Assembly: GCF_963506605.1 (NCBI RefSeq)
Contig: NC_083282.1
Coordinates: 95,790,001 to 95,854,000 of the forward strand
Length of the DNA: 64,000 nucleotides
Direction of reading: 5' to 3'
Source: Zootoca vivipara
Lineage: Eukaryota
Each line of letters begins with the position of its first letter. The first letter of the stretch is position 1. The position numbers and the translations under genes were made by a program. The notes below the pieces were generated by a model. It was not told where the DNA came from. It ran no database searches and worked only from the letters and a program-made list of their open reading frames with translations. Below are positions 11,197-23,500 of this stretch, piece by piece.

Positions 11197-14100
11197 TCAG
11201 CGCTGGGGGAATCCCGCAGGGTCCTCTTCCTCCTGGTGATGGAGCAGCAGCAACTCCAAGTCCGGGCTGGAGCAAGACTCCTTGGGCCGCCTGGCGCCCT
11301 TTTGCCCTGCGCAGGGAAGGAGGCACTGGTCAGCCGGCCCCCAACACGCAGCAGGGCTTCTGCGGCCCCCACCCCAAACCTTGGCTATGCAGGAAGCCCA
11401 AGTCCCAAGACACCCCGTCCGCGTCCCTGACATTACCTGTGGCATTGAGAGCCTTCAGCGCAACATGGAGGGAGAGCCCCAGGAGGCAGACGACGAAGCC
11501 CAGCCAGTTCAAGAGGCTCAAGTGGTCTCCCATGAGGTGCGTGGCCAGCAGAAGAGTGCAAACCTCCTGAGGACAAGAGCAGGGGCGAGTCACAGCCACC
11601 AGGACTGGCGGCCCCAGGAGCCAATCGAAAGACTCATATTGGGAAGGGGGTGGGCTGAGTGCTTCTCACAGGGGCCCAGAAGCGCCCCAGGCCTCCATGG
11701 AACAAAGGAAAGACCCCACCCCAAAGACTCCTGTGGTCCCACTTGAGGCCAAGCAAGAGGCGACTGGGGCAAGGAAGGGCCAGAGGAGGAAAGGCCACCC
11801 AATACCTTGAAAATCCCAGAGACGGACAAGGCGAGGCTGGAGGTTTTTGACACCAGGAGGAACTCCGAGAAGCCCAGCCCAAAGGCCAGCAGCCCTCCCA
11901 GGGCCAGCTTGCCCAAGAGGCCCAGCAGAAGGTCCACCTCGTGGAAACGGAAGAGCTTCTCTGACGCAGACAAGGGCAGGCCTGGGAGGAGAGAGAGAGA
12001 AAGGGCTCAGGAACCTCCAGGGCCCTTGACCTGGAAGCAAGTGCCGGGGGCTGGATTTCCAAGGGAGGGTGCTCAGCCCTAGGGGCCCTCAGGGCTCCTC
12101 CTGCCAAGCCAGGGGCCCAGGGAAGCTCAGCCCTGTTCTGGGGAGGCCGACCCACCTTTGAGCAGGCAGAAACTCAGCAACAGATTGACAAACACTCCCA
12201 GGGTTTCTCTCCCCCTGCAACCAAGGAAAATATTCCTTGCAAATGACCAGGAAAGCTGAGGGGGCCACGGATGAGCTTTTTCTACAGGAAGAGGAGCTGC
12301 TCTGGTGGCTGCAAGACTGCACTGAGGCAAACAAATGATTCCCAAGTCCAAATACAGAATTTATTTGGGTTTCCACAGTGGTGACAGTTTAGATTTTAAA
12401 TGTTGCCGGTTTTTAAAATTTCCTATCAACTGAATGCTTTTGGGTGCTGCCCTGTCTTGCAGCTCCAGCTCTAAATTTGTAACTTCTGTTTGCCAAGAAC
12501 TAAAGAGCCAGCCCAAAACAGCCTGACGGACGTGGCTTTCCCCCTGCTCATTGTTCCCTTCCACTTATGCCTAATGCTCCATGCCTGGCATCACAGGGCA
12601 CTTGTCAAGCCACATCCATTCGCTTCCCTGGGTCTACTCTGAGCATGGATACAACCCAGCACATTCTGTCTAAGCCTGAAAAAGGCTATTACACATTTTC
12701 CCATTTCTCCCCAGAATCTCCCCCCCCCCCCCCGACTGGAGCGCTGAACGCACCAGCCAGCAGCTTTGGAAAAGGAACCCAAACCCTGCTTGGACCCCAG
12801 TGAATGTCCTAGACTGAGCCATGGTTCCCAATGTGAGGCACACACCCCACAGGGGGGCAATTTGATTTTAAGGGGGGGGGCAACTCGAGAATGAGTTATT
12901 AACAGTTAATGGCCTTTTAGGCTTCCTCTGCGTGAATAGTTCACTTTTTGAATACAGTGGTACCTCCGGTTGCGAACAGGATCCGTTCTGGAGGTCCGGC
13001 TGGATCCCGAGGTTTTCACAACTCGAGAAGAAGCAGTAGACCGCTTTCGTAACCTGAAGTTTACATTACCTGAGGCTAACATAACCCAAGGCGCTACTGT
13101 AATAAGAATGATATGTTCCATTGTGGGCGGATGAGGATTTTAGAGATGCTTAGCTGCGGCATGGCCAAAGGAAGGTTGGGAACCACTGCCCTAGAGTAAG
13201 AAACCCCCAGACAAGCACTCTTTTGGGGAACAGCTCCCCTGGGAGATTTGCCCCTGGATCCCCTGCTCTGCTGTTCCCTCAGCTTCCCGCTCAGGTGCCA
13301 TTTCTGCCCCCGCCTCACCCAGACAACTTACCCTCAAAGGCAGCGAAGAGGGGGAAGAGGCCCAGGAACATGGCTGGCTGCAGGTGGAACATGGTGTCTA
13401 TGGGGTTCTGGAGTCCTGCCAGGAGGGTGAGAAGGGGGAGCCCATCAAGGAGCAGGAAACGGAGCAGGAAACGGAGCAGGATGTCGCCTGCCCCCCAACA
13501 CCCGCCCAAGAGGGGCACATACCCAGCTCGTCCTTCTGCAGAAGTATCTGTGTCAGCGTCCAGCGGATTCCGCCCAGGAAGGAGGCGCCCAGCACCATGG
13601 CAAAGCCCTCCATGTCAAACTGCGTCGCCTTGTAGGTGAAGAGGAAGAGCCCCCCCGCAATCAGCAGCACAACCAGCACCAGCGCCGCCCTCTGGTGGGA
13701 AGAAGAACAGCGCAGGTTGGCTGGTGCCCAACCCCCCAATAACCCCCTCCCGCTCAGCCTTGGGGGGGGGGGTCGGGGGCTGGGTGCTCTCACCGGCTCC
13801 TCCAGCTTGAAGACCAGAGAGAAGAACAAGATGAAGAGGACGGCCGAGGACTTGGTCATGGTGTAGCTGCAAGGCCAGGGAGGAAGGAGGCCGTCAGGCA
13901 GGCAGGCAGGCAAGAGACGGGCAGCGTCTCCACAGCACCCCACCCCATACTCACAGCGAGACGGTGATGTACAGGAAGCTCCAGTTGCTGAGACCCACAT
14001 CCAGGGCCGTGGACAGAGCTGAGAAGCAAAGAGAGAGAGGACTGAAGGAGAGGTCAGTTTTGCTTTCCCACCCACAGCTAGTCAGCCAAGACATGTCCAG

Positions 14101-15446
14101 GAAGCCCTCAAGAGGAGGATGACCGCAGCCCTTCTCCTTTGCCCCCAAGCGACTAGCAATCGGGGTTAGACTCCTTCTGCACATGGAGGCTCCTCAGTCA
14201 GGCATCTCGACTAGTTGCCACCTTCCTCCCCTGTGACTGAGCTACCGGCCCAATCACCACCTCTTCTGGCAGTAAAATATGGAAGCACAAATTGTACATT
14301 CTGCATTTTTCTTCTCTCTTTCCTGGGTCCCTTTCCCTGTGGACTTGCAGGTGTGAGAATCAGGAGAGGAGAAGAACCAACTGCTGCCGCCACAGAAGCA
14401 GCCGTCTTTTCACAAACCGAGAAAGACTGCGTGGAGAGGTGTGTCCTGCCCCTTCGCCTTGATCAGGCACCCCCAAACTGTGGCCCTCCAGATGTTTTGG
14501 CCTACAACTCCCATGATCCCTAGCTAAGAGGACCAGTAGTCAGGGATGATGGGAATTGTAATCCAAAACATCTGGAGGGCCAAAGTTTGGGGGTGCCTGG
14601 CCTTGATGCTTTTGGTCCTGCCGGCCAGCCGAAATTCAAGGCTAATGGTCCACCCCAGGGCCGGATTTAGGTTTGATGAGGCCCTAAGCTCCTGAAGGTA
14701 ATGGGGCCCTTTCTATGTCCAGCTGTCCTTTGTCAACAACAAATTGCCACTGTTTTTTGTGTTGAGTATATGCTAGATGGTAATTAACGGACCTAATAGT
14801 TATGTAAAGCCATTTACACATAACAAATAGGAGCCTTCACAACACAAAACGCTGTTGCTGTATATCAGTTTTATTTTATTTGTTTTTTATCTTGTATTTT
14901 GGAAATGTACACCCAGTGGGTTTTTTCTTTTAATTGGGGGGTGGGACAAGAGAGTGGGGCCCTAAGCTGGAGCTTGTCTTATATGTAAATCCGGCCCTGG
15001 GTCCCCCACCCCTGACTTCCCAGGAGCAGAGGAAGAGGGAGGCACCGGCCGCCTTGGTCCTTCCTGGTCCCGCTCCCCCCTCCGGCGCCTCACCTGCGGG
15101 GCCCACCTGGCGCAGGTAGGCGGCCCAGGGCAGCAGCGGCCGGGCGGGTCTCCGGGCGCAACGGCGCGTCAGGCCCGAGAGCGTGAAGATGACCAGCAGG
15201 TGCAGCAGCGTCATGAAGAGCGGGAAGCCGAAGCTCTGCGGGGAGGAGGGGGGAGAGTGAGCCCGGGAGGCGGAGGGCGGGTGGGGGAGGGGCGACTCTC
15301 CCTCCCTCCCTCTTCCCCCCGCCCACCTTCATGATCCACTTGTTGTAGAAGGTGATGCCGATGGAGAAGGCGTAGTAAAGCAGCACCAGCGCCACCACCA
15401 GCGCCGCGGACCCCGCGCCGCCCCCCGAGCCCCCCGGGAGCCGCAT
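11197..15446 (-). CDS. SLC35C2: Solute carrier family 35 member C2 (nucleotide-sugar transporter family), 9 coding exons, 355 aa
   Basis: Exons (GT-AG, phases consistent, total 1068 nt): 15446-15327, 15235-15094, 14018-13955, 13866-13794, 13691-13523, 13415-13332, 11981-11806, 11566-11437, 11306-11197. Peptides [56 protein letters not shown] and SSPDLELLL match recalled vertebrate SLC35C2. Start at ATG 15446 is inferred; an in-frame upstream ATG exists at 15680. Confidence 0.95.
12955..13099. mobile_element. Tigger/pogo-like MITE
   Basis: TA-CAGTGGTACCTC start, degenerate ...GGCGCTACTG-TA end. Confidence 0.65.
14464..14599. mobile_element. 136-bp hAT MITE
   Basis: Long TIRs CAGGCACCCCCAAACT, 8-bp TSD GCCTTGAT. 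Confidence 0.9.
14656..14999. mobile_element. hAT-like non-autonomous element
   Basis: Perfect 14-bp TIR CAGGGCCGGATTTA; TSD imperfect. Confidence 0.75.
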
Positions 15447-15750
15447 CCCGCCGCGCCACGCGCCGCCTCGCCCTCCCGACTGCCGCTTCCGGCGACAGGC
15501 CCCGCCCTTTCCCGTCGGGCCGCCATAGACTCCCAGGCCAGAGCGGCCCCTTCCTCCTCCGGCGGCGAAGACGAGCTCCTCCTGGCGGCGCCTGCCCGTC
15601 ACTGCACCCTGGGGAGCCCCGGGGAGGAGCCCCCGCCCCGAGAGTGGCCCGGAGGCGAAGCGCCCCTCGGGTTCCTTCATTGACGGCGTTGCATTTCTCT
15701 CCCCCCCCCGTCTTGTCCAACGAGCTCAAGGGCCGGGTCTCTGGTTCTCC
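15050..15750 (-). promoter_or_regulatory. SLC35C2 CpG-island promoter / first exons
   Basis: High CpG density over the first two coding exons and the sequence upstream of them. Confidence 0.7.
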
Positions 15751-16757
15751 CCTTGCTCATTTGACCCCCCTCCCCATCCCTGCGAGGTAGGCGAGGCTGA
15801 GAGGCGCCGAGGCAGTCACAAGGTGGGCTTTATGGGCCGGGGGTGAATTCGAACCCAGGTCCTGGCCCAACACCCTGATCGCTGCCCCCCCCCATGCAGG
15901 AAGGGCCCGCCGGGGGCCGAGTGGGGTTGCTGCCCCTGAGTCCTACCTGGGGCTTCCAGGAGGGGCACCTGGCTGGCGGGGAGGCGATGCAGCAATACGC
16001 GCCGCATTTCCCGGAGGGACCCAGCGGGCAGATAGAGCTGCCTTGAGTCTGGCAGGGCTTCCTCTTGGGAAACCTCTGCAGCATCCTTGCCCCAGCAGCT
16101 CTTCCAGGATCTCCCCAAACATCCAAGGACAGGCCCCTGGTCCAAGTGTCTCCCAGAATCCTCACAAATTAGGGGCGGAAGGCTGGGAGCCGAGGCCGTG
16201 CAAGACCCGCCCGCCCCCTCCATGCATGAAGTGGCCCAAATTTGGCTGGAATTCAACCACCAGCCACTCCCGAAAAGGGAGCAGGGGGACGGCAGGGATT
16301 ATTGTGCCCACAGGGTTTAAGTTGAAACCTTCAATGTGGGTGCTGTGCAGAGGGGAGGCAAGACACACCCCAGGCGGAGAAGGGTTGGGCTGCTCTTGCA
16401 ACCAGGGGTCCCTGTCCCCAGTCTTCAAAAATCGCAGGAAGCCTCACAAGCACCCATATTCTGGTCAAAATAAGACCTGCATGAGCAGAACCTCCGGTGT
16501 TTACTGCCAGTTTTCAGAAGGGAAATGGGACAGGTTGCTGCCCACTCACTTCTCCTCTGAAATCCACGATTTTCTACAGGCAGCTCTCACTTCTGCCTGG
16601 GGTGGGGGGAGGCACTGGCACCCACAAGAAGCAGGAAGCCCTCCTTGCTCCCTCCCAGGGAACAGTTCGCTTCTGCTTCCGCCTGGCCTAACTCTTCTCC
16701 TCCCACAGCCTGGTCTCAAGAAGGAAACAGGAGCCGGCAAAAAGGAGGAAAACAGCC

Positions 16758-16763
16758 TTTAAT
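16758..16763 (-). terminator. Probable ELMO2 polyadenylation signal ATTAAA
   Basis: TTTAAT on + strand about 750 nt past the ELMO2 stop; the only canonical-type hexamer I saw before the SLC35C2 promoter. Confidence 0.55.
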
Positions 16764-17514
16764 GCGAAGATTGGGGTGGGGGTGGGGAATGAGGGGCATG
16801 CCAGGTCCAGCCTGTGCACTGTGCCCCACTGCCAGGTGAAAGCAGCTAGACTGGCAGCCTTTCTTGGGTCGGGGGGGGGGGGGTCTCAGTGCTCTTCCAC
16901 CCAGGGGAGCCTAGATGGGGGAGCAGAAGCTGTACCATGGGCTGCATTTGCCACTGCTGGGCTCACCGGGCGGCAGCAGACCCACAGGATGGAGCCCCTG
17001 CCTGCCTGGAAAGTAAGAGAATCATGGAACGGTAGAGTTGGAAAGGGTCCCCAAGGGTCATCTTGCCCAGCCCCCTACAAGGCAGGCCCCAGAGACCGGT
17101 CAGGGATGAGGCTCTGCTGCCGACCCCCATCTGTCATGCCCCCTTGCCTCAGGCCAAGCACATCAGGCAAAGGCACACCAAGGACGGCTCTGCCACAAAT
17201 CTGCAGAAATGCCATTGGGGGGGGGGGAATTCAGCGCACGCTCAGCCCTCCAGCACAGCTGGCTCTGGCTGCCCCCTGCTGCCCACCCTAAGGAAGGGGG
17301 CAGGGCGGAGAACAGCTGCCATAGAGGGGAGAGTCTTGTAGCATTCAAAAAAAAAAAAAAAAAACCAAACGCTACTGCCCAGCAGGATCCCTCCTTCTGC
17401 AGTCAGAGAGGAGCCCCCCCTCCCTCCCCCCCGCAAGAAGAAGAGGTCCTGGGCATGCGCTGGAGGGGGCCGGAGGCTGCCCCCCCCCCGCCCTGCCTCT
17501 GCTGCCCAGGGGCA

Positions 17515-20500
17515 TCATCCGTAGTGGTAGACGAAGTCGTAGCTGCTGGGCTCCTTGGGGACGGGTGGGGGCACCTCGGGGATGGGGATGTTCTCCAGGT
17601 CCAGCAGCCGCAGCTTCATCTCCATGCTGAGCAGCGTGTCCAGGTCGCTCTTGGTCAGGTCGCTGCCCATCTCCTTCCCCAGGAGGGCGTTGAGGCCATC
17701 GATCCAGATGCAGTACTGCGGGGGAGGGGAGGGACCTGAGACCGGGGTGGGGGTGGGGTGGCCTGGCCGCCCCTCATGACCCCTGACATGTTGCTGGGGG
17801 GGGGGGAACCTGCTCCCGCTTCCTTCATCATAGAATTGTGGGGTTGGGAGGGACCCCGAGGGTCAGGCAGGAATCGCAGCAGGAGGAGAATCCCTGGCAG
17901 GCAGGCAGGCAGACAAGCTCTGCTCACCAACCTCCCAGGAAAGGCTTCCCAGGGAATCCTCTCCCCTGTGAGAACAGGATGCTGTGCTCATGGGCCTCAT
18001 CCCAAAAGATCTTCCCAGGTTCATATGGCATTTAAGAACCTTCCTCCCTTTCCCATGTCTTGTCCCCTCAACTTGTCCAATATCTCTGCCATTATGCCAC
18101 CTTCCATGCACCCACGGACCTGCCGTTTAAATTCCTTGGGTTTTATTTCATGCCTTAGAATCATAGAATCGTAGAGTTGGAAGAGACCACAAGGGCCATC
18201 CAGTCCAACCCCCTGCCAAGCAGGAAACACCATCAAAGCATTCTTGACATATGCCTGTCAAGCCTCTGCTTAAAGACCTCCAAAGAAGGAGACTCCACCA
18301 CACTCCTTGGCAGCAAATTCCACTGCCGAACAAATTCCACTGCCTTGTTTTTACCTGACCGTGATCTATAACTGTACATGGACTGTATATTGCCATGAGC
18401 CTGCCGAATAAAAAAATCTGCAATTTGCAGATTTTTGCAGAACCTTTCATTCAATATACAGTACATTATTTCAAAACAAAACCAAACAAAAAATCAGGCT
18501 CCCCCCCCACATCCCTCTCTCCTCAGCCACTGAGATTCCTTCCATTTTCCTTGGTGGGGTTCATGTCTCCCCCCCCCCCCGAGATTGAGCAGCTTTGCAG
18601 AGGCAGAGAGAGAGAGGGAGGCAGGAAGGAAGTTGGTGGGCAGCTACATGGTCAGCCCTGCAAGGTTTGAGAAAAGGAGCTGAGGTTGACAGAGAGGAAA
18701 GAGAAAGGGGGGGGGGGCTGAAGAAAGCAGAGATGCAGCAAAGCAGCAGGTTGGAAATGGGGGTGGGGGGAAATGGAGAAAGAGCAGCCCAGATGGGGCA
18801 GCCAGGTGCAGATTGCTCAAAATATCTCCACATGGAGACCAGGGATGGCTTCCTTAGCTGGGGGGCAGGGGCACAAGAAAGCCTCCTGGGTAAAATGCAG
18901 GACCCCCACCCCCTTTCAGTCCTCCTCTCGACTTTCTGGGCCCAAGAGGAAGGAGATGGTCCCTGCTTCACCCACAAATGCTCTGGGCCTCCAGCCTCTC
19001 CCCTGCCTTTGTGAAAGCCCCAAAGCCCCCAGTGGCCTCAGCTTCCTTTAGACAGAACAGCCCTTTCCCTAGAGGAAGTGACAGGAGATATGAGAGCCGT
19101 TGTCAAATCTCTCAAGGGCTGCCCCATGGCAGAGGGAACAAGCATGTTTTCTCCTGCTGTGGAGGGCAGGATTCGAACCCATGACAGTAAGAGCTGTTAG
19201 ACTGTGGAAGGGCCTCCCTTTGGGAGGTTGTGGACTCTCCTTCCTGGGAGGTTTCTGAGCAGAGGTTGGATGGCCATCTGTCAGGGATGCTCGAGGTGAG
19301 ATTCCTGCATAGCAGGGGGCCAGACTAGGTGGCCCTTGGGGTGCCTTCCAGCTCTACAATTCTATGACTCTAGGAGGAGGAAGCGCATTGCAGGAGCAGG
19401 GCCATCCGTTGGGAGGAAGGCAGCTTCCCCTCGCTCCTGACTCACCTCATATTTGTTGGGGGCTATGAAGTTCAGGGTCTCATCCGGATCGTACAGGATG
19501 GAAAAGGCCAACTCCAGAGCCTCCTGCGGATGGGAAGAGGGAGAGAAGGGGCTGGTGAGCCAAGGAGGCCAGTCCCCACCCCCTACCAACACCACCTCCC
19601 AGGGGTTTTCCTCCCCAGCCAGCTACCTTGTTCTGCTTCAGAGCCCCCTTCTCCTTCATGTGTGGACAGTCCTTCCCAGTGACGACGGCCTTGATGTCTG
19701 CAACGGGTACTGGGCGAGAAGGAGGGGGTTCTGGTCAGGCTGGGCAAGAACAGCGGGAGAAGCCCCTTCCCTCTTCCACAGAATCAGAGATTTGGGAGGT
19801 ACCCCTGTGGGTCCCGCAATGCAGGAATCGCAGCGAAAGCCCCCCGGGGGCTGCTGGCTGCCCTTGCCCAGAGGGCTGGTCCCTGAGCCCCTGCCGAGTT
19901 CCTCGTCTGAACCCCCTGCCCCCATCCCTCGAGGAGCGCCTCCCCTGCCTGGCACGGCACTCACTCTTCTCCTGCAGAGCCTCAAATGTGACCTCCCCCT
20001 GGGTGTTGTCCTCCAGGTCCCCGTAGTGAAGCACTTTGTGGTTCAGAGCCAGGCGGCAGAACCAGAACCGCTCTGCAGGGCGACAACAACAGCACATGGC
20101 CCATAAGAAGGCAGGGAGGCTGCTGCTCTGAAATCACTGAGAAATGGACTTCCTGTTTTGCAGCGAACCTGGCAAGTTGCCCTCTCGGGTGCTCTGGTGC
20201 CCAGGAGGGGTCCCACACGGAGATTAATGGGGGGTAAGGGCATGTAGTCCCATACCTTTTGAGGAGATCTAAAGGGCACGACCCACAGTCATTCACGATT
20301 GCCTTTTTTGTTTTTGTTTCCAGCAACTGGGGCTCGTAAGCAGAGCCAGCCGTGGCCAGGAGCCCTCCCCAGCCCTTTCTCCCCTGCTGCCCTCACCTTG
20401 CCTCCGCCGGTTCCCAATCTTGCGGAAGCTGCTCCCCTCGCAGAGGCGGTTCAGGCGCTGCTGCTTGATGAGCTCCAGGATCTCCGGCTGGATCTTCTCC

Positions 20501-23500
20501 CGCAGCTCCCTGGGGGGCGGCCACATGGCAGCTGGTGAGCACCCCACACTGTCCCTGCAAGGCGCCACCCCCACCCCCGACCCCCCAAAGCAGCCGCTCA
20601 CATGATGGGCGGGGAGTGGAAGTCGTCCTGGCTCATGCGCTCCGACTGGCGCAGGCGCAGGATTTCCGAGTAGCTGAGGCTGCGCAGTTTGCTCTTGAAC
20701 TGGTCCAGGGAGTTGGGCTTGGAGGGCAGCGCCCGCATGATCTGCTCCCGCACCACCTGCATCACCTGGGAGAGGGGGGCAAAGTTACGCCTGGCAGGGA
20801 GGATGTGGCTGGAGGGAAGCTCCTCTCCCTCCCTCGCAACACCAGGTGTGTTGGAAGAGTCAGGCCTGAGGGAGGGAAAGGCTTCTTCACGCAGAGCATC
20901 AATAACCTGTGGAACTCCCTCCTGCAGGAGGCAGGGATGGCCTGGGTGGCTCTGAAAGGGCTATTGAGACCAGACCACAGCTTTGCTTTGCCTCCCTGGT
21001 CCGTAGCAGGAATGCTTCTCGATGGTCGTCGCTGGAAACCCGAGGTGGGAAAAGGTTCTCTCGCACTCAGATCCTGCTCATGGGTATCCCATCACCTGCA
21101 ATGTGGCTGGCCACTGTGAGAACAGGATGCTGAGCTAGATGGATGACCTCTGGCCTGATCCAGGGACCTCCTCTTATTGATACAGAAATTTTGTTATTAG
21201 ATTCTCGGTGCAAATTTGGCTTGTTTCACACCTTTATAGGATGATGTGTCAATGTATCCACGAGTGGTTGGATTCTTGTGTTCCTGCCTGTTGCAAATCT
21301 CACAGGCCTCCCTCCTGCACGGCATTTCCATGCTTCTCTGACCCTGGAGGGTGGGAGGTTTCTTGGTATTACTAGAAGGGCACCAAAAGCCGGCCAAGGA
21401 GGTCTATTTCGAGTTGGGAGAGCAAAGCAAGCATTCCAGGGACATGGAAGGAAGATAAGGGAATGTCAACAAGCCAGAAGCCAAGTGCCAAAGCTGAAAA
21501 CAGACTGAGCCGGACTTTTGACACTCCTTGACCTGTAACCTCTTTTGATACATGCCATGATGTTTTGTGATGCATACCAATAAAAGCTTTGTTCAAATGT
21601 CCTTTGCTCGCTGGCAAGGCTGCCCTATTGTGCAATAGTTTTAATCAACCAGGCCCCTACAAGGCACTTTGGCTTGCTATTCTCTTGGTTCCCTCACCTG
21701 GGACAGAGAGGAGAATTCTTCCCACATTCTGTTCTTATAGAGGAGAGGGATAAGGGAGATGGCTCAGCTAGGCCGGAAGGCAAGAGTAGGTACCAGGGGC
21801 AGAGGGAAGGAGACCCGTGCCCACTGGAGAGCAGCTGCCCCCTCCCGCCACCCCCTGCCTCTGCCCCACGTCGCCCCACCTTGTTGAAGTCCTCCGCCGT
21901 GGCCCGCATCTCCTTCCAGGTCTTGTTGAGCAGCTGGATGCAGATGGCAAAGAGCTCCTCGAAGGCGCGGTCGTGGGTGAAAAACATGGGGTGGTAGTCA
22001 TTGCGGCCTTCATTGGCTGGGCAGGGAGAGGGAGGAGGTCAGAGCAGCCAGGATGGCACCTCAGGGGGAGCGCCAGGGAGCAAGAGGAAGCCAAACACGT
22101 GGGAGGAACATTGTGGCCACAATCAAGCAATGTAAATTCCCTTAGTTGGAGGGGGGCCCTTTCAGTCCAGGGGCCACTTTTCTGCACAGGCAGCTTCAGG
22201 GGGCCAACAATCGGGTGCAGCCAGAGAGGCGAATTTTCCATTTGTACAGCAGAGCCCACAATCCAGCCATGGAATAACAGAAGGGACCCCGAGGGTCAAC
22301 GAGTCCAGTCCCCTTGGCCAAATAGCCCCCAGCAGAAGGTGCCCCCCACCTCTGCTTGGAAACCTCCAGAGAAGGAGCATCCGCCATCTTCCCAGGGAGG
22401 CCGTTCTGCTGCCAAGCCGTCCTATGGAACAGGCAGACCCTCTTCCTCGGACTGGCTCAGCCTGCCCAGGGGCTTTTTGGGGTGGAGGAGAGAGAGGGTC
22501 CCCTCTGGCACAAGGGCTCAAGAGAGAAGACCCTATGGGTGCTCCCCCCTCCACCCCCCAGCACTGCTCTCCCCTCCCTCCTCGTCTGACTTCACTTACG
22601 CAGCTCCCCGACCTGCAGGATCTCGCACAGCATCTTGGTGAGCTCAATGGCGCTGCGCCCAAAGGGACACTCGTGCTTATCCTCCCGGCTGCTGTTCTCC
22701 AGGACAATCTGTGGGGCAGGAAGGAAGCAGAGTGAGGGGGGTGTGGCTGGTCCAGGAGCCTCGGCCTTCCCAGTGGGTGGCACCCTCCCCGCTTACCCGG
22801 ATGTAGGTGTCCTGGTGGCACTTGGCCAGGTAGAGCATGTTGTCCAAGGCCAGCATCCCCGGCGGGGTCTGGGTGAAGTCCAGGGCAGGGTTGATGTGGT
22901 TCTACACAGGAGAAAAAACAACGCCTACCATCAGCAACAGAAGGAAGGGCCTGCCGCCAAGGGGTTCCCACTGCTGAGGGCACCGGCCTGGATGGCTTCA
23001 AGAGAGGGCTAGCAAACTTGGGGGCAGGACCAGTGGCCAGCGATGATGGGAACTGTAGCCCAAAACCAGTTTGGGAAGCCCTACTCCATCCATTGGAATT
23101 CTGAATCGTATTAATAGTTTTGATGAAAGATTTCTGATATTTTCTGGCATTTTGACATACTATAAATTTACTTACAGTAATTGAATCATGGAATCATAGA
23201 ATCGTAGAGTTGGAAGAGACCACAAGGGCCATCCAGTCCAACCCCCTCAATTGTATTAATCATTTTGATGAATTTGTTGTTGTTTGCTTTACTTACATGT
23301 TATTGTGTTTGACAGAATAGCAATTGCAATGTCTTCTGTTTCCTAATGTTATTGTGATGATTGTGAGCTGCTTTGAGCTCCACATTTGTGGCTGGAAAAG
23401 TGGACCATAAATATTAAACCGAATCAAATGTCTGTTGCTGGAACCGCAGGAGGGGAAAGCGCTGCTCTGGTCTGGCCTGCTAGTTCCCTCTGGGGCACCT

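Noticed and set aside
13448-13482. 12-bp tandem repeat GGAGCAGGAAAC, about 3 copies
   Set aside because: Ordinary intronic slippage; not a CRISPR-like or coding repeat.
21178-21700. Possible solo LTR in an ELMO2 intron (AATAAA, atypical composition)
   Set aside because: Could not define TG...CA ends with a matching TSD.
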